64,000 bases of DNA, from positions 3,904,001-3,968,000 of the forward strand of contig OZ220733.1 in NCBI GenBank assembly GCA_965116875.1. Reading direction: 5' to 3'. The first letter of the stretch is position 1. Each line of letters starts with the position of its first letter. The position numbers and the translations under genes were made by a program. The notes beneath the pieces were generated by a model that saw only the letters and a program-made list of their open reading frames with translations, did not search any database and was not told where the DNA came from. This stretch comes from Candidatus Latescibacterota bacterium. Its GTDB lineage: Bacteria; Latescibacterota; UBA2968; GCA-2709665. Positions 9,704-19,491 of the stretch are shown piece after piece.

Positions 9704-10330
9704 GTGGCTGCAAAAGCGACGAATATCGTGTGGCATGAAGGACACGTGAGTCGAGCGGAGCGGGAGAGTCTGTTGGCTCAGGCCGGGTGCCTGGTGTGGC
9801 TGACCGGTCTTCCGTCATCCGGGAAGAGTACCATTGCGTTTACCGCAGAGCACGCGCTGGTCGCGCGGGGCCGGATGGCCTATGTTCTGGACGGGGACAA
9901 TATCAGGCATGGTCTGAACAGAAATCTGGGTTTCTCGGCTGCTGACAGGGCGGAAAATATCCGCCGTATCGGCGAGGTGGGGAAGCTGTTCGTGGATGCG
10001 GGGATCCTTGCCATAAGCAGCTTCGTGAGTCCGTACAGGATCGACAGGGACGGCGTTCGCGGGATGCTGGATCCAGGGGAATTCCTGGAGGTTTTCATCG
10101 ACACACCCCTGGAGGTCTGCGAAGAAAGGGACCCCAAGGGACTCTACAAGAAAGCGCGTGCCGGAGAGATACCCGGCTTTACGGGTATCTCGGATCCTTA
10201 CGAGCCGCCGGAGAATCCGGAACTGGTCATCAGGGCGGCCGAATGTACGCCCGAGGACGCGGCGCAACGAATCCTCGAGTTGCTCGAGTCTCGTGGAAAG
10301 ATCCCGGCGCGGGAAGGAAACGAACCATGA
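9704..10330 (+). CDS. cysC: adenylyl-sulfate kinase
   Basis: WLTGLPSSGKST, LDGDNIRHGL, RDPKGLYKKARAGEI, FTGISDPYE. Confidence 0.96.
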   Translation: MAAKATNIVWHEGHVSRAERESLLAQAGCLVWLTGLPSSGKSTIAFTAEHALVARGRMAYVLDGDNIRHGLNRNLGFSAADRAENIRRIGEVGKLFVDAGILAISSFVSPYRIDRDGVRGMLDPGEFLEVFIDTPLEVCEERDPKGLYKKARAGEIPGFTGISDPYEPPENPELVIRAAECTPEDAAQRILELLESRGKIPAREGNEP

Positions 10331-11703
10331 TGCCGCTGGACGGGCGGCGGGTACTCGTGATGGGGCTGGGACTGTTTGGCGGGGGCGCGGGTGCGGTTCG
10401 GTTTCTGTGCAGAGAGGGCGCGCGGGTGACCGTTACCGACCTGCGGCCCGCAGAGGCGCTTCAGGAGTCGCTCCGGACGCTTGAGTCGCTGCCGGTCGTC
10501 TACAGGCTGGGCGGACACGAGGAGGCGGATTTTCGGGCTGCGGACCTGATCGTGGCGAACCCGGGGGTCCCCCGGTCTTCCCCGTTCCTGAATGACGCCG
10601 GGAAAAGGGGAATCCCCGTGACAACGGAGATATGCCTGTTCGCGGAGCGTTGCGAGGCGCCGGTGGTGGGAATTACGGGCAGCAGCGGAAAGACGACGAC
10701 CACGTCGCTGGCCGGAGAGATGATGCGACGCAGGAACCCGCGGACGATGGTGGGCGGAAATATCGGTGGATCTCTACTGGATGCACTGGATGACATAACG
10801 GCAGACACTCACGTCGTCCTCGAACTCTCAAGCTTTCAACTGGATCGACTGGCCGATCTGAAGTGGAGCCCGCAGACCGCGGTAATTACGAATTTCGCCC
10901 CCAATCATCTGGACAACCATGGCTCGCTGGAGGCATACAAAAGGGCGAAACGACAGATCGTCGCGCATCAGGATGTACGGGACGTCGCGGTGTTGAATGG
11001 AGACGACCCTGAAGTGCGTCGGTGGTCCGGCGCCGGGCGCCGCATCGTATTCAGCGCGCAGCCGGCACCGGGGTCCCACGTCTTCCTGGACGACGGAGTC
11101 ATACGACACCGGATCGGCCGTTCCGAAAAAACCGTCTGTCCGTCGGGCGCGGTGGCGCTTCCGGGAAGGCATAACCTGTCAAACGCGCTGGCCGCCTGCG
11201 CAGCGGCGCTTTCCAACGGCGTGACCGAAGCGGATATTGCGGCCGTACTGCGTACATTCAAGGGCGTTCCCCATCGGTTGGAACGGGTTGCCGAAATCCG
11301 GGACGTAACGTACTATAACGATTCCATTGCGACCAGTCCGGACCGGACGCAGGTGGCGCTTTCGGCCCTTCCGCCAGGTGTGGTGTTAATCGCGGGAGGA
11401 TACGACAAGGGTCTGGCGTTTGACGGGCTTGGACGTCAGATCGGGCGACGGGTGTCGCATCTCATCCTGACGGGCAAGACGGCGGACGCGATCGCGGCAT
11501 CGGTACCGGCCGGATCCCCGATACGCATCCTGAGGGCGAATTCACTGGACGATGCGGTGTCCGCGGCGGCGAGATTTGCAGCGCCGGGCGGCACGGTGCT
11601 TTTTTCTCCGGCCTCGGCCAGCTACGATCGCTTTCGCAATTTTACCGAACGCGGAGAGCGGTTCAGGCAACTGGTTCTGAATATGAGGACGTGTGATGGC
11701 TGA
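10327..11703 (+). CDS. murD: UDP-N-acetylmuramoyl-L-alanine--D-glutamate ligase
   Basis: GITGSSGKTTT, GGNIG, ELSSFQL, HRLE, NDSIAT, SPASASYD.FRNF. Confidence 0.93.
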   Translation: MMPLDGRRVLVMGLGLFGGGAGAVRFLCREGARVTVTDLRPAEALQESLRTLESLPVVYRLGGHEEADFRAADLIVANPGVPRSSPFLNDAGKRGIPVTTEICLFAERCEAPVVGITGSSGKTTTTSLAGEMMRRRNPRTMVGGNIGGSLLDALDDITADTHVVLELSSFQLDRLADLKWSPQTAVITNFAPNHLDNHGSLEAYKRAKRQIVAHQDVRDVAVLNGDDPEVRRWSGAGRRIVFSAQPAPGSHVFLDDGVIRHRIGRSEKTVCPSGAVALPGRHNLSNALAACAAALSNGVTEADIAAVLRTFKGVPHRLERVAEIRDVTYYNDSIATSPDRTQVALSALPPGVVLIAGGYDKGLAFDGLGRQIGRRVSHLILTGKTADAIAASVPAGSPIRILRANSLDDAVSAAARFAAPGGTVLFSPASASYDRFRNFTERGERFRQLVLNMRTCDG

Positions 11704-12535
11704 AAAAATCGACTTGCGGGCGATCGCTCCCACCATTTCCCGCGTACTCGACGTACCCGTACCCAGAGGCGCCGAGGCGGCGCCGATCGATGACGTCGTC
11801 GATACCCTGTATGCCGCCGACCGGCTTGCGCTGGTGGTGGTTGACGGATTCGGCTCGTCGCTTTGGGCGCATGTTCGCGGCGCCGTGCCGGTTTTCAACC
11901 GAATCGCGGCGCTTCGGCATCGTGAGATCCGGTCCGTGCTGCCCTCAATGACCTACATATGCATTTCCACGATGTTGACCGGCGTATCGCCGTCCTCGCA
12001 CGGCGTAACGGATCTGAAGACGATGATCCGTGCAACCCGGTCCCCCCTCATGGATTCCGTCTTCAATCGGGTTCGGGATGCCGGCGGGCAGACGTTGATG
12101 GCCGTCCACAAGAGGGACGTGGCGGGGTTGGACGTCGAGCGGTTCGCCGACCGGACGGTACTGGCAAGGGAACGAAATGACCTTGAGATCTACGCCCGGG
12201 TCCCCGGTCTGATCCGCAGTCATTCACCGGCGTTCGCGTTTGTTCATCTGCTGGACGTCGACGAAGCGGGTCACCGGTACGGTCCTTATGCGCCGGAAGT
12301 CCGGCGGGCCGCCTCCGAGATGGACCGGAGTCTGAACGGGCTGCTGGCCTGTCTCGCGTCTTCCGGATACGCGGTGGTCATCGTAGCGGACCATGGCATG
12401 CATGAGTCTCAGGAGGGCTCCGCAGACGAGGGCGGGAATCGCGGTACCCACGATGGCTCGGTTGAGGAGGACCTGGCTGTTCCCCTGCTGTGGGCCACCG
12501 CGGAAGAACTCGGTGAAATCACGCAAGGAACATGA
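11696..12535 (+). CDS. alkaline phosphatase superfamily (nucleotide pyrophosphatase/phosphodiesterase-like) protein
   Basis: VVDG, PSMT, DEAGH, ADHG, GTH metal-binding motifs. Confidence 0.8.
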   Translation: MAEKIDLRAIAPTISRVLDVPVPRGAEAAPIDDVVDTLYAADRLALVVVDGFGSSLWAHVRGAVPVFNRIAALRHREIRSVLPSMTYICISTMLTGVSPSSHGVTDLKTMIRATRSPLMDSVFNRVRDAGGQTLMAVHKRDVAGLDVERFADRTVLARERNDLEIYARVPGLIRSHSPAFAFVHLLDVDEAGHRYGPYAPEVRRAASEMDRSLNGLLACLASSGYAVVIVADHGMHESQEGSADEGGNRGTHDGSVEEDLAVPLLWATAEELGEITQGT

Positions 12536-12572
12536 AAAAAAGCCGGACGTTTCTGTCGTCCGGCCTTCTTTT
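12535..12572. terminator. bidirectional intrinsic terminator between convergent genes
   Basis: A7-GCCGGACG-loop-CGTCCGGC followed by a T-rich tract. Confidence 0.75.
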
Positions 12573-12589
12573 CGCTGGGAGATCCCTGT

Positions 12590-13462
12590 TCATGCGCCGT
12601 CTGAATAGGGCATGAGTTTTCGGCCCCGAGTGGGGTGGCGGAGCTTTCTGAGCGCCTTTTCCTTGATCTGCCTCACGCGTTCTCGGGTGAGCCTGAACCG
12701 GACGCCGATTTCCTCAAGGGTCATCTCTGCGTCGCCGCCCAGGCCGAAATAGAGGCGAATGACCTCACGTTCCCTTTCTTCCAGCGTGTCCAGCGCCGCC
12801 AGGATCTCATCTTCCAGTGAATTCTGCAAGAGCAAATGGTCGGGCGATTCCTGGTTTTCGTCCGTCATGACTTCCAGCAGGCTGTTTTCTTCGTCTTCGC
12901 CGAAGGTCATGTCCAGCGAGAGGATGCGCTGTCCGCTCGCAAGGGTATCGACCACCTGCTCAACCGTGATTCCGAGCTCCTCGGCGATCTCTTCCTCGGG
13001 GGGTCGGCCGGACGTTTCCTGTTGCCGGTTGTTGACGTAGCGGGATATGCGGCGCAGAAGGTCCACCCGGTTGAGCGGAAGGCGAACGACCCTGGAGTGT
13101 TCGGCCACTGTCTGCAGGATGGACTGGCGAATCCACCAGACCGCGTAGGATATGAACTTGAAACCCCTGGTTTCGTCGAATCTTTCCGCCGCCGTAATGA
13201 GTCCGAGGTTGCCCGCGCTGATCAGATCCGCCAACGGCACCCCCTGGTTCTGGTATTCCCGGGCTACGGTGATGACAAATCGAAGGTTGGCCTCGACAAG
13301 CTTCCTGCGGGCTTCGAGGTCTCCCTTCCTGATGCGACGGGCAAGAAAGACCTCCTCCTGGGACGTCAGCGGCTTTGACGTGGCAACGTCTTCCAGGTAG
13401 CGGTGCAATGAATCCTTCGCCTCATTGCGGTAGATTCCGCTCTTTCCGGCCACGAAGATCAC
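12590..13462 (-). CDS. rpoD: RNA polymerase sigma70 factor, RpoD/SigA family, lacking region 1.1
   Basis: ANLRFV, DLISAGNLGL, FKFISYAVWWIRQ, LTRERVRQIKEKALRKLR. Confidence 0.85.
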   Translation of the reverse strand: MIFVAGKSGIYRNEAKDSLHRYLEDVATSKPLTSQEEVFLARRIRKGDLEARRKLVEANLRFVITVAREYQNQGVPLADLISAGNLGLITAAERFDETRGFKFISYAVWWIRQSILQTVAEHSRVVRLPLNRVDLLRRISRYVNNRQQETSGRPPEEEIAEELGITVEQVVDTLASGQRILSLDMTFGEDEENSLLEVMTDENQESPDHLLLQNSLEDEILAALDTLEEREREVIRLYFGLGGDAEMTLEEIGVRFRLTRERVRQIKEKALRKLRHPTRGRKLMPYSDGA

Positions 13463-13534
13463 CTCTGGCGGATGGGTTTTCGATGGATGGGATTCTGCAG
13501 CCGGCGGGAGGATGTCTGATCAACAACCAAATTG

Positions 13535-13563
13535 AATATTCCGTGTTTCCAAAGTGATGTCAA
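13535..13563 (-). promoter_or_regulatory. sigma70 promoter of the sigma gene
   Basis: Minus strand TTGACA-17 bp-AATATT. Confidence 0.5.
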
Positions 13564-13664
13564 GCGAAATCTCCTGCGCGGACCGCATTGAATCCCGGGT
13601 TGTACCGCGGTGACCGCGGCCGGGCTTTTGGAACGGCTTCACGGAGACGTCTGGAGGCATTTCG

Positions 13665-14723
13665 ATGGATGTGTCAATTGATCGACCCCGTCTCATGAAA
13701 TTGCTGGAAAGACTTCTGACGGCCCACGCCCCGCCGGGAGCGGAGGGCGAAGTGGACGCCATCGTGATGGAGGAGGTGCGCCCTTTCGCGGCTTCGGTGT
13801 GGCAGGATGCGGCCGAGAGTATCGTGGTTCACTTCAGGGGACGGGGCGGCGGCGCGCCCGTTGCCGTCACGGCGCACAAGGACGAGATCTCGCTCATGGT
13901 CAGGCGCGTCCACGACGATGGCCGCCTCCGTGTCCGGCCGCTGGGCGGGCTCCACGCGTGGGCGGTCGGCGAGGGGCCGGTTGACGTGCTGACCGAAAGT
14001 GAGCCGGTCACGGGCATCTTGTCCGTGGGCTCCAAGCATGTTTCCAGCGAGAGTCCCGCAGGTCCATTAAAGTCGGGAAAGGCGGTCGAGTGGGAGAAGT
14101 TCTGGATCGAGACCAAGCGCACCGCTGCCGAATTGCGGGATCTGGGCGTACATCGAGGCAGCAAGGCGGTGCTGGCGCGTTCCCGGAAACCTCCGGTGTT
14201 TATGGGGGACTTCATCTGCGGTTACAATCTGGATTGCAGGGCGGGACTCGCGGTTCTGATCGAGGCGGCCAGACACCTGGAAGAAACGCCGCCGCCGCAT
14301 GACGTGTATCTCATCGCCAGTTCAGAGGAGGAAATAGGCGCGCAGGGCGCCGCGTTTTCGATCGGTCAGTTACCGGCTCAGACGGCGGTCGCGCTGGACA
14401 TCGCACCCGTGGCGGAGGAGTATCAGATTCGGAACTGCGAAAATCCCGTCCTGCTCTGGGGCGACGCGACGGGAGTTTACCACGAGCGGACATTGCGCCA
14501 CCTGGAAGCGCTGGCAACGCGCCTGGGATTCGAAACGCAACCGGCTGTCGTAACCTCCTACGGTAGCGACGCCAGTATTGCCAAACGTACCGGGTCGGCC
14601 GGACGGTCCGCCTGCATCGCGTATCCGGGGGAGAATACCCACGGGTACGAGATCTGTTCTATGGAAGGGATCGTCAATTCGGCCCGGCTGCTGATGGCGT
14701 ACCTGAGAAACCCTCTGGAATGA
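13665..14723 (+). CDS. M42 family aminopeptidase
   Basis: AHKDE, NLDCRAG, EEEIG, LDI, GSDA, NTHGYE. Confidence 0.85.
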   Translation: MDVSIDRPRLMKLLERLLTAHAPPGAEGEVDAIVMEEVRPFAASVWQDAAESIVVHFRGRGGGAPVAVTAHKDEISLMVRRVHDDGRLRVRPLGGLHAWAVGEGPVDVLTESEPVTGILSVGSKHVSSESPAGPLKSGKAVEWEKFWIETKRTAAELRDLGVHRGSKAVLARSRKPPVFMGDFICGYNLDCRAGLAVLIEAARHLEETPPPHDVYLIASSEEEIGAQGAAFSIGQLPAQTAVALDIAPVAEEYQIRNCENPVLLWGDATGVYHERTLRHLEALATRLGFETQPAVVTSYGSDASIAKRTGSAGRSACIAYPGENTHGYEICSMEGIVNSARLLMAYLRNPLE

Positions 14724-14774
14724 ACGTCTGCACGCTGACGCTTCGCTCCCGGCGGACATCCACGGGTGTTATTT

Positions 14775-15524
14775 ATGCTATTTGAGAATATAAAGGGACA
14801 ATATCAATTCCTGAAAGGAATCGAACCCTATTCGTGCGGCGCCGTCGCTACGCATGGATACGAGGTTGTACACGCGACATTGTCGGAACCGGTTCCATGG
14901 CGCGAGGGGTTCGAAAGGGTGGATGTTCATCTTCGTGAGTCGGGTCGGGAGCGGCACGCGCTCTGCGGGGTGGAACTCCGATGCCCGAAACCGCATCCGA
15001 TGGACGGATTCATCCGGTTCAACGAGGAGTATTGCGAACTTTTGGCATCCTGGGACCTGCACGTGGACGGGATGAATCCGGTAGCGCGAACCAATGTCGC
15101 GCCGTTGTACAATCCGCCCGAAGAGACCACGATGCACGGGTTTTCATACACGACGCCCCGTCATGAGGAAACCGGCCGTACGTTCGTCATCGCGGGCGCG
15201 GGTGAACTGCTTGAAGGAGAACTCGTGCGCGACGGCATCGTCAGGCGGGGAGAGACGGGTACGGACGCGATGCGGGAAAAGGCGGAATACGTGGTGAAGG
15301 TGATGGCGGACCGGCTGGCGGGTGTGGGAGCGGCCTGGAGTGAGGTGACAGCCGTGGACGTGTACACGGCGCACGGTATGGACCGCCTGCTGGACGAGGT
15401 TGTTGGGCCTGGCGTCAAGGCAGCGCAGCGTCATGGCCTCACGTTGTACTTTGCGCGCCCTCCCGTGATCGGGATTGAATTCGAGATGGACATCCGTGGC
15501 GTCAGGCGCGAGATACGCATTTGA
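14775..15524 (+). CDS. CnbZ-like (2-aminomuconate deaminase, RidA superfamily) protein
   Basis: YQFLKGIEPYS, ELRCP, NPVARTNVAP, FVIAGAGE, RPPVIGIEFEMD.RGV. Confidence 0.7.
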   Translation: MLFENIKGQYQFLKGIEPYSCGAVATHGYEVVHATLSEPVPWREGFERVDVHLRESGRERHALCGVELRCPKPHPMDGFIRFNEEYCELLASWDLHVDGMNPVARTNVAPLYNPPEETTMHGFSYTTPRHEETGRTFVIAGAGELLEGELVRDGIVRRGETGTDAMREKAEYVVKVMADRLAGVGAAWSEVTAVDVYTAHGMDRLLDEVVGPGVKAAQRHGLTLYFARPPVIGIEFEMDIRGVRREIRI

Positions 15525-15574
15525 GGCCGAATGACGCGGTACGAATCTGCCAGGCCCGCCATTTTAAAGGCATT

Positions 15575-16543
15575 CTACGGGACAAGAAGCACCTTGCCCG
15601 TCGTCCGTCTGCCTTCCAGGAGCCGATGGGCTTCCCGTGCATCCGACAGGGGCAGCGTTCGGTCGATCCGCAGATTGAGCTTCCCGGATTGAATCCAGCC
15701 AAGCACGTCCCCGGCGCGTTGTTCCAGCTCTTCCCGGTTCGCAGTGTAGTCGACAAGGGTGGGGCGCGTGATGAAGATCGAGCCGAGACGGGAAAGCAAC
15801 AGCGGATCGACCGGCGGCACCGGACCGCTGGCATTGCCGAACAGTACGAGGTAGCCCCTGGGACACAGGCTGTTCATGCTCTTTTCCCACGTGGTCTTAC
15901 CCACCGAGTCGTATGCGACGTGCACGCCCCGGCCGTCGGTGAGCCGATTGACTTCGGCTTCGAAATCCTGCTCGGTGTATCTGATGACTTCATCCGCCCC
16001 GGCGTCCCGTGCCAGTTTCGCCTTTTCTTCCGTTGACACCGTTCCGATGACGCGCGCGCCCCGCATTTTCGCCATCTGAACCAGAATGAGTCCCACGCCC
16101 CCCGCCGCCGCGTGGATGAGAACGGTGTCGCCTTCCAGGACGTTGCACGTACTGTGAACGAGATAGTGGGATGTCATACCCTGGAGCATGGCGGCCGCGC
16201 CGGTCACGGCATCCACGCCACCGGGGAGTCTGACGAGTCGTTCCTGCGGGGCCGCGACGAACTCGGCGTAGGAACCGGGTACTCCCGCGTAGGCGACAAG
16301 GTCTCCCACCCGGAAGTCCGTGGCGTCGGTACCCAGGGCCGTCACCGTGCCCGCGGCCTCGAGGCCGGGAATGAAGGGCAGGTCCAGTGGATAGAGACCC
16401 GTGCGATGGTAGGTGTCGATGTAATTCAGACCGATGGCTTCGATTTTGACCAGTACCTCGCCCGGTCCGGGATTGGGATTCGCAACGTCTTTATAGCAGA
16501 GGACCTCGGGTCCGCCTGTGCGGGCAACCTGAATCGCTTTCAT
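15575..16543 (-). CDS. qor: NADPH:quinone oxidoreductase (zeta-crystallin family)
   Basis: MKAIQV, GLNYIDTY, HAAAGGVG, YDSVGK, RRTTGKVLL. The ORF-track N-terminal extension comes from the adjacent MITE. Confidence 0.92.
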   Translation of the reverse strand: MKAIQVARTGGPEVLCYKDVANPNPGPGEVLVKIEAIGLNYIDTYHRTGLYPLDLPFIPGLEAAGTVTALGTDATDFRVGDLVAYAGVPGSYAEFVAAPQERLVRLPGGVDAVTGAAAMLQGMTSHYLVHSTCNVLEGDTVLIHAAAGGVGLILVQMAKMRGARVIGTVSTEEKAKLARDAGADEVIRYTEQDFEAEVNRLTDGRGVHVAYDSVGKTTWEKSMNSLCPRGYLVLFGNASGPVPPVDPLLLSRLGSIFITRPTLVDYTANREELEQRAGDVLGWIQSGKLNLRIDRTLPLSDAREAHRLLEGRRTTGKVLLVP

Positions 16544-16565
16544 GGAAAACTCCTTCAGGGTTTTA

Positions 16566-16727
16566 GAAGCTGCCTTAAAATTCCCGGCGGTCTTCGCGCG
16601 GCTGCAAAAGCGCCGGTCGGCGTTGGTCAAGCCCACCCGTATAGACAAATATGGGCGGGCTTTCCCGCCTTGACCGCCGCCTTTTCGCCCGCGCTCGGGA
16701 ACTCACCGGTAATTTTAAGACAACTTC
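16566..16727 (+). mobile_element. MITE family 1, 162 bp, copy A
   Basis: TIRs GAAGCTGCCTTAAAATT / AATTTTAAGACAACTTC; flanks TTA/TCA; near-identical to 26323-26484 and 26593-26754. Confidence 0.85.
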
Positions 16728-18887
16728 TCAGTGCCTGGCCGTAATGCCGAGTGAAATGCGTCTGGGCGAACCCAGATTGCGTTCGACGACGGCGTAGTTG
16801 TATTCCAGAGCATTGTGCGCCTTCAGCACCACCTGGACCTCACCGAAAGCGTAAGCGGCCGAGAGGTCCAGGAGGTAGACCGGTATGAGATCGCGGTTCC
16901 CTTCCGGTAACAGACCGGATGCGCGCAGGATCCGGCTTCTGAATCTCAAGCGGCCTGCCAATGTGAGCCGGCCGAACGTGGTCTGCAAACCGGCGGTGGC
17001 AATGTGCCGGGGGCGGTAGGGCAGCGGAAGATCGCCTTCCGGAAGGTTTTCAATCGCGGCGATGAAGGTATAGTTCCCCTCAAGGCGAACCGGATCGATC
17101 GCCGCGGCCAGGCTCGCCTCGACGCCGGCGATACGGCCCTTCGCCACGTTCCTGAACTGCACGACGCCGGCGGCGTCCGGCCTGGCCTCCACGAGATCCC
17201 GGTACCGACTCCAGAATGTCGCGGCGCTGATGACCGACCAGGGCGACGGACGGTGATCCAGTGCGACTTCTGCGGAGATGCTCCTTTCTGCCGTGAGGCC
17301 GGTATTGGGAATAATGGGAATCGCGGAGAAGGTGGCGTCGGTGTAGATTTCGGCGATTGAGGGACCCCTGAAACCCCATCCCAGGGTTCCGCGTAACGTT
17401 GTGCTTCCGGATGTTCGATACGAGAACCCCAGCTTGGGGCTCAGCCGGTTTTCCGCGTCCCTGTCGTCTGTGCGATATCGGTCGTAGCGGCCGCCCGCCG
17501 AGAGCGTCATCCGATCCGAGGGTTCGATTTCGGCCTGGCCATAGGCCGCCAGGTTGAGCCCCGTGTGGTCGCCGAAGAGATGATCTGACGAGTGTACGAC
17601 GTCATGAATCCACTGTGTGCCGAACGTAAGCGCCACGTTCCCGGTCGGCTGGAGATCCAACTGGAGTTCCTGCCCCATCTTGTATGCTTCCGACGACGTT
17701 CTCCCGCCGATTTCGTTGTCGAATTCCGTGCGATACACGAACGATTTGAGTCGATAGCCCGATTGCGGATTGAACAGATGGTAGAAGTCGACGTTCAGGT
17801 TCAGTTTCTGGGATACGGTCTTGTCTCCCCTGGCGCTCTCCGGCACCTCAAGGGGCTCGTTTCTGTCTTTCCACAGCACAAACGTACCGTGATCGTCCAG
17901 CGCCCAGTTGCAGGTTGCCGTAAGCGTTGCCGCTGCCTTGAACCGGTGTTGGAGTTTGCCGAAGAGCTTGTATCTCCTGTGCCACGCGTTTTCCCTGAAA
18001 CCGTTGGTCCACTTCTGCCCCGCGCCCAGAATGAACCCGGTGTTCCCGGACTGCCTGGAATGGCTGATGTACGTGCCTTCGTAGTATCTCCCGCTCGACG
18101 ACCAGCGCCACTCCTGATGGACGGGCTCGCTGTATCGGCCGCCCAGGAACCGGAAGAGCGTTTCCGGTTCCGGAGACGGATCCCGGGTGATGACGTTGAT
18201 GATGCCCCCGAGTGCGCCCGTACCGTAAAGTGCGGAACCTGCGCCCTTGATGATTTCCACGCGTGCGATCTGGTCGATTGGAATGGCGTCCCATTTGACG
18301 TCGGCGTTATCGGCCGACAGCGCCGGAAAGCCGTCGATCAGCATGAGTACGCGGCTTCCTGTACCGCGGGAATAGCCGCTGGACCCCCTTATATTGACCT
18401 GGCCTCCCACCATATTGACGCCGGGAACGTATTCCAGGGATTCGTTCAGCGTGGCAGAGTTGTCGGACTGGATTTCCTCGGAGTCGATGAGCGAAACGCT
18501 TGTCGGCGCGTCGACGAAGTTGCGTGCGCGTTTGCTTGCGGAGACCACGATGGCGGGCATCCGGATCGGCGAGGGCGTGAGCCGGACGGAAAGCCTCACG
18601 GTATCGTTTGCGGCAACCTGAACGTCCTCCATGACGTGGGGTATGAAACCAAGCAGCGAAACGGAGAGGGTATAGAGGCCGGGCGGCAGACCCGTCAGGC
18701 CGAACGCTCCTTCGACGCCGGTCTCGGTTCCGATACCAGTGCCAAGCAATACGACGTATGCGCCCGGCAGGGGTTCACCGGTCGTTTCGTCGGTTGTCCG
18801 TCCGACGATCGTGCCGGAGGCTTCCGCCTGCAGCGCCGAGCCCGGAAAGAGAAGGCAGAGGAGGCAGAAAACCCATGCAAATTTCAC
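16728..18887 (-). CDS. TonB-dependent receptor with N-terminal carboxypeptidase-regulatory-like domain
   Basis: Signal peptide VKFAWVFCLL...AEA, GEPLPGA, plug motifs NIRGS and IARVEIIKGAGSALYG...GGIINVIT, C-terminal barrel; start inferred at GTG 18887. Confidence 0.9.
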   Translation of the reverse strand: MKFAWVFCLLCLLFPGSALQAEASGTIVGRTTDETTGEPLPGAYVVLLGTGIGTETGVEGAFGLTGLPPGLYTLSVSLLGFIPHVMEDVQVAANDTVRLSVRLTPSPIRMPAIVVSASKRARNFVDAPTSVSLIDSEEIQSDNSATLNESLEYVPGVNMVGGQVNIRGSSGYSRGTGSRVLMLIDGFPALSADNADVKWDAIPIDQIARVEIIKGAGSALYGTGALGGIINVITRDPSPEPETLFRFLGGRYSEPVHQEWRWSSSGRYYEGTYISHSRQSGNTGFILGAGQKWTNGFRENAWHRRYKLFGKLQHRFKAAATLTATCNWALDDHGTFVLWKDRNEPLEVPESARGDKTVSQKLNLNVDFYHLFNPQSGYRLKSFVYRTEFDNEIGGRTSSEAYKMGQELQLDLQPTGNVALTFGTQWIHDVVHSSDHLFGDHTGLNLAAYGQAEIEPSDRMTLSAGGRYDRYRTDDRDAENRLSPKLGFSYRTSGSTTLRGTLGWGFRGPSIAEIYTDATFSAIPIIPNTGLTAERSISAEVALDHRPSPWSVISAATFWSRYRDLVEARPDAAGVVQFRNVAKGRIAGVEASLAAAIDPVRLEGNYTFIAAIENLPEGDLPLPYRPRHIATAGLQTTFGRLTLAGRLRFRSRILRASGLLPEGNRDLIPVYLLDLSAAYAFGEVQVVLKAHNALEYNYAVVERNLGSPRRISLGITARH

Positions 18888-19365
18888 GATCCGGACGATC
18901 GGCGCCCTGCACGAGGTCGAAATAGGTCTGGATATCGACATTTTTCGTGGTTTCGCCCAGGTGAACCTGCACCGGTGTGGGCAGGGTGTCATTGCCAACG
19001 TGGTAACAGCCGAGCAGAGAGTCAAAGTTCCAGAAACCGCCTCGAGGCCGCCAGGCCACGACAATCCACTCATAGACGCCCGGCTCTTCCAGTGGGACGA
19101 AATAATCGAATCGCACCGCCCCGATGGTCACGGTTGTGTCCCAGCCGGCAATATTGAAGAAGTCGGCCAGCGCCTGCGGGCGTCGCCGGTATACCGCCAC
19201 AGCCACGTCATCGGTCTCCGGCGGCCACTCCCCATTGAAAACGAGGGTTCCCTTGATACCCGTACCGTCGGGGGGCCCAGGCCCGAGGCCGCCTCCGCAG
19301 GCGATCATGACCAGGAAGGCCGTTGGTATCAAACGCTTTAAAAAGGACTCGCCACGGGGCGGCAT
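18775..19365 (-). CDS. hypothetical lipoprotein upstream of the TonB-dependent receptor
   Basis: Lipobox MIAC, beta-rich mature part (GIKGTLVFNGEWP). Confidence 0.7.
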   Translation of the reverse strand: MPPRGESFLKRLIPTAFLVMIACGGGLGPGPPDGTGIKGTLVFNGEWPPETDDVAVAVYRRRPQALADFFNIAGWDTTVTIGAVRFDYFVPLEEPGVYEWIVVAWRPRGGFWNFDSLLGCYHVGNDTLPTPVQVHLGETTKNVDIQTYFDLVQGADRPDREICMGFLPPLPSLSGLGAAGGSLRHDRRTDNRRNDR

Positions 19366-19409
19366 TTCAGGGTTCCTCGCCCGGCCGCTGCCGGAAAAAG
19401 CGGTTTTTC

Positions 19410-19438
19410 TTGACACGAAGAGGAGTAGAAAATATGTT
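19410..19438 (+). promoter_or_regulatory. sigma70 promoter for the ygfZ-like gene
   Basis: TTGACA-17 bp-TATGTT. Confidence 0.5.
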
Positions 19439-19491
19439 TCAAGCGGGACTCGTGCGTATCATTTCATGTGTCAAATTCAGGAGGTCGGCCA

